Source of the DNA: Felis catus
Taxonomy: Eukaryota
DNA: 64,000 nt
NCBI RefSeq assembly: GCF_018350175.1
Contig: NC_058381.1
Span: forward strand, 1,798,001 to 1,862,000
Direction of reading: 5' to 3'
The notes beneath the pieces are model-generated. The model did not search any database, was not told where the DNA came from, and saw nothing but the letters and a program-made list of their open reading frames with translations. Below, piece by piece: positions 13,085 to 25,400 of this stretch (position 1 is its first letter; the number at the start of each line of letters is the position of its first letter). Both the position numbers and the translations under genes were made by a program.

Positions 13085-13987
13085 GGCCCCAAACATTTAA
13101 AAAAAAAAAAGGGGGGGGGGACATATGGATACATGAGGGTTCGTATTGTCTTTTGTATAAGAGACTGTCCGTAATAAAAACTTAGAGATGATGTGGTAGA
13201 GAAAACCCTGGATCGGGCTTCAAGGAAAGTTAAAATATTAAAAATAAAACAACTTATAGGAGCCCTCGGAGATGGATGAACATCTCATTCGGGCCCAGGG
13301 GCTGTCAGGACCTCCCGCCCACCTTGGGAGGCTGGATTCCTTCTCTTGCCGGGTCTAGGGCCACCTCTTCTGGTTCCAAGCCCGCTGCTTGACCCCCGCA
13401 CTATGGTGGCCTCCATTCGAGAAACTCCAGGACTAATGTGGGGTTCAGGAGTGGTGCTGAGGGACCAGCAGTGTGGTGCAGAAACCCACCAGTCCCAGCC
13501 CACCTCGGGACAGCTGCCGCCCCCACCGCCCTCCTCCACAGTTAATGAGGTAAAAGTCCCCCAGGGAAGGAGGCACTTAGGCTGGCAATGAGGCTAATTA
13601 GCAGAATGCCAATTAGTACCAGGGGACCGTTGGATGTGGGAGGGGGGGATTTCTCTGTGGTGGGGGCTTCTTCAGAGGAAAGGAGGGCTGGATTCAAAGG
13701 CGGGGAGCCAGGCGGCGAGCCTCCCCTCCCTCCAAGCTGTCATCCACCAGCATGCCCCCTCTTCCAGAAAGCCTTCCTAAACTGCTTGCCCTGCCCCACC
13801 CCTAGCTCGTTTCTCCCCGCTCCTGTGGTCAGTTCCAAGACCGAGGCTGAGGGACATCAAGGGCGAAAGCCAGGATCTGTGCTCAACTTTTTCTCTAATT
13901 GCAAAGTAGTTCGGATACAGAAAGAGATAGGAATATGTATATTACAACTTCATCGACCGACCACTCAGCTTAAGAGAGAAATTACAC

Positions 13988-14133
13988 GGGGCGCCTGAGT
14001 GGTTCAGTCGGTTAAGCGTCAGACTCTCCATTTCAGCTCAGGTCACCATCTCCCGAGTCGAGCTCCGCACTGGCAGCGCGGGGCCTGCTTGGGATTCTCT
14101 CTCCCTCTCTCTCAAAATAAACATTAAAAAAAA
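13988..14133 (+). mobile_element. CAN-SINE, internally shortened
   Basis: GGGGCGCCTG head, CT tract, A tail. Confidence 0.8.
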
Positions 14134-14257
14134 GAGAGAGAGAAATGCTACCAATTCACGTGGAGAACTCTCTCTGTATACCCATTATCGCCTCCTCCCC
14201 ACCTGCCCTGGGAGGTGACCTTCTTCAACCCAATGTGTGCCACACTCATAGCATTTA

Positions 14258-15204
14258 CAGGCAGGCCTAGTTTCAGCATGTATTTTTTTAATTTTTTTAA
14301 CATTTATTCATTTTTTGGTAGAGACAGAGCATGAGCGGGGGAGGGGCAGAGAGAGAGGGAGACCCAGAATCCGAAGCAGGCTCCAGGCTCCGAAGCTGTC
14401 AGCACAGAGCCCGACGTGGGGCTCGAACTCACGAACCGCGAGATCATGACCTGAGCCGAAGTCAGATGCCCAACCAACTGAGCCACCCAGGCGCCCCAAG
14501 CATATTTTTTTTAAAAAATGGGAGGTTTGCGGCAACCCTGTGTCAAGCAAGTCTGTTGGTGCCATTTTCCCAACAACATTTGTTGTTCACTTTGGGTCAC
14601 ATTTTGGTAATTCTTGCGATATTTCAAATTCTTTATCCTTATATTTGCAGTGGTGATCAGTGATCGATTCTGACTCACCAAAGTCTCGAATAACATGTAG
14701 CAATTTTTAGCAATACTTTTTATTAAAAAAAAAAATAAAAACCAATTTTTTTAAGTTCATTTAAGTAATCTCTATATCCAGCGTGGGGCTCGAACTCACA
14801 ACTCTGAGATGAGGAGTCACATGTTTCTCCAACTGAGCCAGCCAAACGCCCTGGCAATATTTTTTTAATTAAGGTATGTACATTGATTTTTTTTTTTTGT
14901 CGGTAGACACAATACTATTGCACACTGAATAGATTACAGTGTAGTGTAAACATAACCTTTTTTTATGATGTTAGGATTTAATGGCACGTATGCCTGTGTT
15001 AATACAGAGCAATGAAACCCAGCGGCCGCAACAATGTTTAACCGGAAACAGCTTCTTGGTGCGTCAAAGTAAAAGAGACCAAGAATGTGGACCTAACTGC
15101 TACGTGCCCCGGGAAGCCCAAACATTCATGTGAGTCACTTTACTGCAATGTTGACTTTATGGCCACGGTCTGGAACGGGACATTTCTACCGCTGAGTATG
15201 CCTG
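14258..15204 (+). mobile_element. Internally deleted Tigger1-like DNA transposon hosting nested insertions
   Basis: Starts TA|CAGGCA and ends GTATGCCTG (TIRs); internal GGCAACCCTGTGTCAAGCAAGTC and CACATTTTGGTAATTCT match remembered Tigger1; SINEs at about 14283-14497 and 14745-14851 (both -). Confidence 0.8.
14958..15085 (-). pseudogene. 5'-truncated retrocopy of an unidentified mRNA 3' end
   Basis: Poly-T 14958-14964, ATTAAA on - at 14977-14982, degraded TSD TGTAAACATAAC / TGTGGACCTAAC; interrupts Tigger1 sequence. Confidence 0.6.
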
Positions 15205-15228
15205 TGTTGTCTGTCTTCCCTCTGCAGT

Positions 15229-15352
15229 GGCGCTGGCCTGTGGAACTTTGTGCGGTGATACAAACGGCCTGTAACTGCTTGATGTGCTGACCCCTGGCAC
15301 GAGTGGCCACCGAGCACTTGCTAGGGCGGCGTGTGGCAAACGGCGGATGCGC
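15229..15352. mobile_element. MER3-like hAT-Charlie remnant
   Basis: GCGCTG…GAACTTTGTGCGGTGAT…GTGGCCACCGAGCACTTG resembles MER3. Confidence 0.5.
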
Positions 15353-15909
15353 CCCAAATCTATAAATCACCGACTACATCTCTGCAGCCGGCCATTTATG
15401 GAAGAATCATTCCCATTTCCCAGCTGGGACCACTGAGGCCCGGAGAAGTGATAAGACTTGAGAAGGTCGCCTAGGTGATGACAAGCCCAGGATGCGGGCC
15501 CAGTTCTTCCTGCCCTGAAGCCTGTATCCTTAACCGTTCCCACAGGGGCTCCCCTACGCCTCTTCCTGTGCTGTCACCCGCGGAACGAGTGACGGCCCCT
15601 CTGAGCCCAGCCCTTCTCTCCTGTGCAGCTGAAGCAGCGGCTCCTAGGCCCTCCAGGCGTCCTGGGGTGGCCCTGCCCTTCCTTCTCCAACACCTCCCCT
15701 TCCCAGCAGCTGGGGGACGGGGGGATGGGGAGACGGAGTTCCGGAAACTACAGGCAGGTGCAGTGGGGATGAGGCCGCAGGAAGGAGCCGGGAGGCGGGT
15801 GGGGCGAAGGCGCGGGGCCCCAGTGCCACATGCGGGCGGGAAGGGGGAGGCGAGCGCTCGGGCCGCGGTTCGGCCCAGGAAGAGCCGGGGACCTTGTCTA
15901 GACTAGGCA

Positions 15910-15915
15910 TTTATT
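15910..15915 (-). terminator. PLD2 polyadenylation signal AATAAA
   Basis: TTTATT on + strand about 520 nt past the stop codon. Confidence 0.75.
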
Positions 15916-16437
15916 TATGAAATGCTCACTGAACGGATACAAAGCTAGTGTCTGTCCACAGGCAGGGGAGGGGTAAGTGTGCACCCCAGCCCCTGCCCCG
16001 CCCACCACAGGGGTGAAGCCAGGGGCGGGGGGCTTCACTCTTCCCTCCACCTTGGCAGTAATGGCAGGGAGGGGGTTCGGGGGCAGGAGGAGGAAGGCCC
16101 AGGACAGGGCCTCCCCCAGGGAGGCATCCCGGGCGTGGGGGCAAGGGTTTGCCTCTGCCCTGGAACAGTGGTTTGAACCGGGCGGCAGGGGGGATGAACT
16201 CAGGATGCCCTCCTGCCCCCCCCCCAACCCCCGCCCCGCCAGCCCAGAGGCGGAGTGACCTCTTCAGCTGCTTCTCAAGGAAGGGTCCCCGTGGCTTCTC
16301 TTCTCTAGTCCTCTTCCGGCATGCCTGCCCTCCCCCTGGTCTCAGAGGGCACTGCCCTCCAGCGTGAGGGTTGGGGGCAGGGAGCCAGCCTCGGTGGAGC
16401 CCAGCGGCAGGTAAGCTGTCCCGGGCTGAAGCCGTAG

Positions 16438-19400
16438 CTATGTCCACACTTCGAGGGGCATCACGCCTTCCTTGCTCCCCAGGGGGGGCAGCAAAGACTC
16501 ATCCTCCAGGAACTTGAGGGGAAAGTGGACCAGGTGGCCCTGGACCTGGGTGAGCTCAGACCGGGCCAAAGGTGGGCTGACTGTGGCCAGGGGCTCCACG
16601 GCCACGTACTCCCGGAGCGCCCTGAGAGAGCGTGTGGCATTGGATGGCAGGCAGCGGAAGATCTGTGGGTGGGGGGCACAGAAGCCAGTGGGGCTTGGAG
16701 ACCCTCGGCCAAGAGTCCAAGATGCCCCCGCTCCCCACACCATATCCCCCCACGCTGACCCTGAGCCACTGAATCCCACGATGTGCCCCCCACACCCTCA
16801 TCCCCCTTTTGGGAACGGCTTGGCGGTGGGGCCTCCATCCGACCCCGGACGGGATAACCCGTGGATTTCCACACAGTCAGCCCCGCTCGGTGCCCACCTG
16901 CTCATAGATATTGGCATTGCTCTCGGCTGTGTCCTGCCACAGCTGAAAGAAGTCATCACAGACAGGGTCTCGGAGATCCAGGTCTGGCCGGGCATGTGCC
17001 CCGAGAATCACACTACGGGACAAAAGGGTCTCCGCAAGGTCAGATTAAGATCCTTGGAGGGGCGCCTGGGTGGCTCAGTCAGTTAAGCGACTGGCTTTGG
17101 CTCAGGTCATGATCTCACGGTTCGTGAGTTCAAGCCCTGCGTTGGGCTCTGTGCTGATGGCTCATAGTCTGGAGCCTGCTTCGGATTCTAAGTCTCCCTC
17201 TCTGTCTGCCCTTCCCCTGCTCACTCTCTGTCTCTGTCTCTCAATAATAAATAAACATTTTTAAAAAATGAAAAATAAAAAAAAGATCCTTGGAGAAGGT
17301 GAATATCAGAAAAGTCAGATTATTCCTACGCAGGTAATTCAAAATAAACCCGATGTTAAACAGTACAATAAGCACAAATGAATCCAACAGAATTTACTTT
17401 GTATCTTCTTTGGCCACTATTTTGATGCTTTAAAAAAAAAAAAAACTACCAAGTTATTTTTAAAGTATTTGTTTCTCAGGGCGCCTGGGTGGCTCAGTCT
17501 GCTAAGCGTCTGACCTGGGCTCAGGTCATGATCTCACGGTTCGTGAGTCGGAGCCCCGCGTCAGGCTCCGTGCTGACAGCTAGCCTGGAACCTGCTTCGG
17601 ATCTTTTTAATATCTGTTTCTCATGGTCTTGATATCTCTACTTTACCGGTACCCTATGCTAGATTGGGAAACCCTCGCACCCGCTCCAGAGGCAGAGTAA
17701 CCCCCTCCCAACTTGTGCCTCCCCGCCACCCCGGTAGCTCCCCACCCGGCCTTACCTGAAGCAGTGCTTCCGCAGACTCAAAGCAAACCGGCCCGCCTGA
17801 TACTCCCCACCGTCCATGAGGGATGGTTCCATCTCTGTGTCCTCGATCAGCACGGCCAGCTCACTGTCTCGCTTCCCCAGCAAGCTCCGGTCGTTGATGT
17901 TGGCGGAGCCTGGGATGGGCGCAGGACGCAACGTGTCTGCCTGAGCCCTGGGGGGTGGGGGGGTGGGGGGGGCCCTGCCCCATCAACTCTGCCCGAGGAC
18001 CAGCCAGCTTCTGTCACCTCCCGCTGGGCCCTGCTCCACCCCCCCACCCCCCCCACCCCCGGCGCTGCCGGGGACCCAGCATCCAGGACTGACCGATGAT
18101 GACCGTCCGGTCATCTGCGATGAGCATCTTGCTGTGGATGTAGATGAGTTCGGAGACCGGGTGCCCGCCCAGCTCTCCGTGTGTGCGAAGCCCGCAGATG
18201 GATATGTAGTCCCGCCACGCTGTCCCCACTGTGAGAAAGGGGGTGGGGGTGTAGGGAGGGGTGCCCTCATGTGCAGATGGGGCCCTGTCCCAGCTGCCTC
18301 CCCACTTCAAGGTCTATACCCGTCTCCCTGCAGTAAAAACTGCCTGCCGTCTCAGAGCAGTAGCCCCAGAGACACGCAAGAAGGACCCGGGCTGCAATCC
18401 CCCAGCCCCCAGCACTCACTGGCTGCTTTGAGGCGATGTAGGATCGAATATTCCCCACGGCACAGGGTCCTGAGGGAAAAGAGCCGGTGAGGGAGGTGGA
18501 GGCTGGGGGAGCTGGTGGGGGATGTCAGGAGAGAGGCGGACCCCAGAAGTCCAGCAGGAAGGGATGGGGACAGAGTCAGGGCAGGGGCACGGGTGGATGG
18601 CCACGGAGAGGCAGAGTCTGGCTGGGGGTGGGGGGTGGGGTCACCTGTAAGTGAAGTGCAGAATGGCCTGGATGGAGTTACCACCACCTGTCGTGATGTC
18701 ACCTTCAAACCCCGGCAGCAGGGGCAGAAGCACGTAGACTCGGAAACGCTGGCCCTGTCTGGGAAGGGGGCGGAGTCAGAGGTCCCACCTGTTCCCCTTC
18801 CAAGCCCCGCCCCTCCGCAGGGGCTAAGCCACGCCCACAACCCCATCCCGCGGCCAGTCCCCCCCTTACTTGTGGGCCTTCAGGATTCTGTCCACAATCT
18901 CATCGCCCACCTTGTTCAGAACGGTCCGCCCGTCCGAGCAGCTAATAAAGAACTGATTCTGAGGCAGGGACCAAAGAGAGACATCAACAGCCAGGCCCCT
19001 GCCCCCTGCCAACCCCAGGCCTAGGCTCCAGGCCCTGGCCCCGGGCTGCGCATTTCTCCAGGCCTGGCTACGCTGGCCCTCAAGGACCGATCCCGCTGCT
19101 GTCAGGTCCCTCTCATCCCCCGGGGTCCGCTCCATTCTCTGCCCCGCCCTCACCCCCGTCACACCTCGATGTACAGGAAGCGCTGGCTCTCCCTGATGGT
19201 GTGCAGGTAGGCATTGAGGATGGAGTTTTCCATCGTCCCTGCTGACCAACGGTCCACCGACCGCAAGACCTGGCGGAACAGCGAATATGCTGTGGTTCCC
19301 GACCCCAGGAGAGGAGGGGCTCTCGGGCCGGGGGCCCTGGGCTGGAGGGAGGGAGGCGTGAGGACGGGCTGAAGAGGGGGCCTCACCTGCACAGTGGCGC

Positions 19401-22400
19401 ACTGCCCCCCCGGGATCGTGAAGGAGAGCTGGTCCGCGGTGCTGGTGGATTTGGGCAGCAGGTAGGGGTACACGGGGGTCTTGTACTTGGCCTTGGTCGT
19501 CTGAGGTGGAGTGATGGCAGTCAGCGGGAGGCGGCCCCTTCCCGACCCCCCCCCCCCAGCCCCCGCAGGAGGGAGTGGGCACCTTGGTGAAATTCCAGCG
19601 CTGGATGAAGTGGCGGGCCAGGTCCCGGGCGGGCAGACCGTGGACGGCCACCCCTACGTCCCGCCATGGCATCCGGGGCGTGGTCTCCCTGTCGATGAAA
19701 TCTGGGGGGCCCCCGGGGAGGATCAGGGGCAGGGAGGAGGACGAGGGGACCAGAGGGAGAGCTACATTACCCTTGACCCCGCTCATCCTGTTCTCGGTTC
19801 CCGCCTCGATGTCTGCCCCTACTCTCAGCTTTTGGGGGCTTGGGAGGAGGGGACCCTCACCCTCAAAAGGCCGGTCCAGCTGCACCCAGTCCTTAGTGAT
19901 AAGATTGCTGTAGTCCTTGCCCAGCCAGAAGAGTTGGTTTTGGGACAGGTCTGGGGTGGCCGGAGCGTCTGAGCCGGGGGTGGGAGGCTGTAGGGAACAC
20001 ACCCAAGCCAGGGGCAAGGAGAGGTCATGGAGGCCGCACAGAGCCAGGGCCACAGAGAAGAGAGGAGCACTGAAAGTATGAGACACAGAGACACAGAGAG
20101 TAAGAGTGAGACAGAGAGAGTCCCACCGGGCCCTCCCCTTCGGCCGCACTCGCTACCCCAGGGGAGTGGGACGGGGCCGTGGGGGTGGGGAGAGGACTGG
20201 GCCTCCTTCAAGGCGCCTTCCTGGGGTCCCAGAAAGAGGAATCCCCGGGGCGGGCAGCACGCGAGTGACCAGCGGGGGCGGGCTGGCGCTGGGGAGGGGT
20301 GCGCCTAGGGACGCTCAGGGAGGCCTGGGGGGACCACCTGTGGGGCGGCTGGTTCAGAGGGGTCCCCGAGGTCAGTCAGCCGGTACTGCAGGTCGTCCCA
20401 GCGGCCGTAGGCGAGGTCCAGCCCTCCCAAGAAGGCCACTACTTGGTCCACGACCAGGAGCTTCTCATGATGGGCCCACAGCGTCACCTGGTCCGGGTGA
20501 CGCATCACCTGCAGCGGGTGTGGGGGGAGGTCATGCGGGCGGGCTTAGGGGAGAGAAGATGGAGACATTGGGAGGGAGGACGGGGGGGGGGGGACAGGAA
20601 GATGGGGGGATGAGATGTTCAAGGAGAGGGAGGGTCGCGGGGCGCCTAGGTGGCTCAGTCGGTTGGGCGTCCGACTTCGGCTCAGGTCATGATCTCACAG
20701 TCCGTGAGTTGGAGCCCCGCATTGGGCTCTGTGCTGATGGCTCAGAGCCTGGAGCCTGCTTCGGCTTCTGTGTCTCCCTCTCTCTCTCTGCCCTTCCCCT
20801 GCTCACCCTCTGTCTCTCTCTGTCTCTCAATAATAAATAAGCGTTTAAAAAAAAATTAGAAAGGGAGGGTCAAGGGGGTGGGGAAGTGTGACGAGGAGGG
20901 TCGTGGTTTTTGGGGGCGTCTCTGACGCCTGACAGTCACCTTTATGTTGGGGTGCAGCAGCATCAGAGCCCTCTTGCTGTAGCCGCTGTTAATGCCCAAG
21001 GCCAGCTCCACCTCCTTAAACAGCAGTACGGACACACGGACACCCTCCTCCTGGTGGTGAGCGGGGGAGGGGGGGTCAGAACGGCCCCCCCTCCAACCTC
21101 CCGAATCCTTCCCCATTCTTGGGGTTCTGTGCATCCGTGCACTCAGCCTGGGGATCCTCAGTGCTCACACCCTGCTCTGATGCTCTCAGCAAACTTAGCA
21201 GTGGGTGAGCACACTGTTCACCTGCCCATCCATCCATCCATCCATCCATCCATCCATCTTCCCAGCCATTTACTCACCCCCATATGTGCCACCTGTCATC
21301 CATCTATCCCTTCCCCCCCTTCCCCCTGCTACTGATCCACCTTTCCACCCTCCTATCCTTCCATCTATCCCCCCTTTCCATCATCCATCCACCCACCGGC
21401 CCCTCCTCTCGATCATCTGTCTATCCATTAACGTCTATGGATGTCCCCAACATGGCGGACACCGGGCCTTACACTGAGGCTAGCGATGTCATTCCCATGA
21501 GAAAGGCAGACACGTACACCCCCAGGTAACGCCACAAGGCGTAATGGGTACTTGGAGAGAAGTCTGCACCAGGTAGAGGAGGAGCATGAAGGGGGAGGTG
21601 TAAGTTCCTCTTGAGGAAGAAAAGGAGGTGATGCTTGCCAGACAGCAGCCCACGATAGACGTGTTTCCTCCCCTGAAGCTTCAGCTTCCTTTCCTTCTCC
21701 CTTCTGACCCACCTCCACGCACCTCCCCTCCCGCCTGCCACTCTCCTCACCGCCTTCTTCTTGAGCATAATGTCCAGTCTCCAGTCATCTGAATGGGCCG
21801 GACGCTTCAGGTAAATCTCAGGACTCAACCTGGGATCCAGGGCAGGGGGTGAAGGGCGAGCAGCCAGCCACTTCTTCCCTGCCCCTCCCTCCTCTGGCCT
21901 GTAAGCTGATCCGGGGCAGGCCCTATCCTGCCCCTTCCTGCCCGAGCTTTCCCCTACTCACCACCAGTCTGTGATGAAAATCTCCTCTTGAGCTCCTGCG
22001 ATGGCGTCTGCCACAGCGGCAAAGTAACCCGCCCCGTTCACAAACCTGGAGGGAGGGGAAGGTCAAGCCAAGGAGGTCAGAATCAGAAGCCAGAAAGCTC
22101 TGGAGAGTGAAGACCGGAGGACAGTCATGGATCAGAGGTGACGGCAGGGTCAAAGATCAGGAGTGATCAGAGAAATCAGACGGTGTCAGACGTATGAAAG
22201 GGGGACAAATTTGCCAGTTTAAGCTAAGCAAAATTAAAAATTACAGAAGGCACGAAAAGCTAAAGAAGATGACTGAAGGTGGGGAACGTTAACGCATCAT
22301 ACATAAAGAGTTCCAGCGAATCAGTAAGAAAAAGACACACAGGCCAACGGCGAAATGAACAAAGATTAAGAACTGACAGTTCACAGAGGAGATTAAAATG

Positions 22401-25400
22401 GTCAACCGTAGGAAAAGATGTTTAATCTCAACAGTAAAGAAGGAAATTGATATCAAAATGGAATAACATGTCTTTAATCCACTAAATTGGCAAAAATAAA
22501 GATCACTGGCCACGTTCAATATTAGCATGCAGGAGAATGAGAATCCTCATAGACTATGGGAATGTACTTCGGTTATAGCCTTTTTATTTTTATTTTTTTA
22601 ACATTCATTTGTGTTTGAGAGACAGAGTGTGAGTCGGGGAGGGGCAGAGAGCGAGGGAGACACAGAATTCGAAGCAGGCTCCAGGCTCTAGCTGTCAGCA
22701 CAGAGCCCGACGCGGGGCTCGAACCCACGGACCGTGAGATCATGACCTGAGCCGAAGTCGGACGCCTAACTGACTAAGCCACCCAGACGCCCTGGTTATA
22801 GCTTATTTAGAAGACAGTTTGGCGGTATCCGAATATCAGACACACATACTGTTTAATACCATTAAATGCACATAGTAATTCTATTTCTAGGGATGCATCC
22901 TGTTAAATGCTTTGCTTAGGCAAAGACTGTGTTCAGTGCAACATCGCTTAAAATGAGAATTTGGCTCCCCTGCTGATGTCCTCTCTCCCTCTCTCAAAAT
23001 AAATAAACCTAAAAAAAAAAAAAAAAAAGATTTGTAAAATGAGAATTTGGGGCACCTGGGTGGCTCAGTCGGTTCAGCGTCCAACTCCTAATCTCAGCTC
23101 AGGTCTTGATCTCAGGGTTGTGAGTTCAAGCCCCATGTTGCACTCTGCACTGGNNNNNNNNNNNNNNNNNNNNNNNNNNNNNNNNNNNNNNNNNNNNNNN
23201 NNNNNNNNNNNNNNNNNNNNNNNNNNNNNNNNNNNNNNNNNNNNNNNNNNNNNNNNNNNNNNNNNNNNNNNNNNNNNNNNNNNNNNNNNNNNNNNNNNNN
23301 NNNNNNNNNNNNNNNNNNNCTCTAACACACACATAACGTGAAAAAGAAAAAAATGAGCTACAAAAGCAAGTTCGTGATGTCAGGGTTGTGAGTTCAAGCC
23401 CCATGTCGTGCTCTGCACTGGGTGTGAAACCTACTTATAAAATAGAATAGAATAGAATAGAATAGAATAGAATAGAATAGAATAGAATAGAATAGAATAG
23501 AATAGAATAAGAAAGAATCTGAATGCCTAATCTCTAACACACACATTAAGTGGGAAAAAAAAAATAAGCCACAAAAGTAAGTTCATGATCTCATTTACAT
23601 TAAACCAAAAAGTAATGTATGCGCATAGCCTATGAAAGTGTACAGGCCGAGAAAGGAGAAGATACACAGGACTCTGTTGTGAGGGTTATTTCCGGGGAGA
23701 GAGCTGGGCTGTTGGGTCTAGGGCAGACGTGAGGCCAGGGAGTAAAGGGCCGGGCAACGAAGGGGAACTTAAGTTTTTCACTTATTGTGCTTCTGCGTCG
23801 TATCGTTTTGGCTTTTGAACAACAAATAGTATGATGGTGAAGAGTGGGGTCTTGACCCAGACTGCCTGGGTTTGAATCCTGCTTCCGCTGTCTACAGGGT
23901 GTCGGACCTTGGGCAAGTCCCTCAGCTTCTCCTTGCCTCAACATTCTCATCCGCAAAATGGACACAGCAACTGTGCCTGCCTCGTCGGGTTCGCGAGAGG
24001 GTTGAATCATACTTAGCGCCGCTCCCAGCACGCAGTGAGAACTCCGTAAGTATCAGCTAGTAGTTCTTATGAAACAAATGAATGTCAACACCGCCTCCAA
24101 GAAAAGAATCCTTCCACCACTCCCTCCTGCCCATGATGAAGTCCAACCGCTTCAGCTTAGCACGCGGGGCACACCCAGGCGCTGTCAACCCCTAGACTGT
24201 TCTCTGGCCACTCCTCCCCCCCCACCCCCGCCAGGGTCACCAAACATGCCAGCCTGCTTCTTCTAGCCTCGGTGCACAGGCTAGTCTCCGCTTTCTTCCT
24301 AAGGCCAACCTCAGGGTCACTGCCTTCTGCAAGGCAGTCCTGACATCCCCACGGCAGGGGGGGGGGGTGGGGGGGGGGGGTGGGCAGATGTTCCCCCGCT
24401 GTGCCCGGTACCCTGTATCTACCACCGGAACGGCCGGAAGTTACCATCGTTCTGTGACTGAATCACCTACTGGGTTGTCTTATTCCTGCCACTGGGCCTG
24501 GCACGTAGTAGGTGCTTAGTAAAACGTGTATTGGACGAACGAGTGAATCAGAGAGATTTTAAGAGCTCATAAGGCACAGAGAGAGCCAGTGTGATAAAAG
24601 GCAGTTAAAAAGGTCACAGGAGGTCAGAGAGGTCAGGGTCGGAGGAGATGACTGGAGATGACTGGGTATGGGGGTCAGAGAGATCAGAGGGAAGGCAGAT
24701 AATCAGTGTGGTTAGAGGTCAGATGGTCAGGAAGACTGGAGAAGTCAAAGGGGGAGGGTGTCGAAGCCAGAACGGGTCAGAGGAGATCAAAGAGGACCAA
24801 GGAAAGGACTCAGAAAACACGGAGAGGGTCACGAGGCCCACAGACAAGCTCCGAAGGGACGGCAGTGTCTCACCACCGGGCCAAGGTCCCGGGCCGGGGC
24901 GGGGCATAGCTGTCGTGACGGTGCAGCTGTATGAAGTCTCTTCCCGGGCCCTGGGCCAGCTCCGTGATCTCCTGGCCCCACCACCGTGCCTGCCGGTAGC
25001 TGCCACACTTGAGGATCAGGGACCTGAGCAGGAACAACGAGATGGACCCCAGGCTTCACCCTTCGTGCCCCAGCCTCGCCCGACACCTCCCTCTTTGGCT
25101 GTCCCTTCTTTCCCGCTTCCTCCCTTAGTCCCTAATTCACCACCCCACCCGGACAAGGCAGGCGTGTGCCTCGCACACAGTTAGGTCACCGGCACAGCAC
25201 GGAGTTTTGCACCCGGCACTCGGGGGGTTTGCTCCCAGGAACGAATGAATGAACGGAGCGCCCTTTATTTTATATCGGGAGTCCCTCCCCCAAGCTTGTA
25301 CTTGACCCCCTCTCTCTGGGCCTAGGTTCTAAGAGCAGTCCCCGGCATGTGGCCAGACCAGTTCTCTGGTTCCAAACCAAGGCCGGCTCCAGGGGGGGTT

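Noticed and set aside
18866-20149. 427-aa - strand ORF as a separate gene
   Set aside because: Mixture of PLD2 exons and read-through introns, partly out of frame
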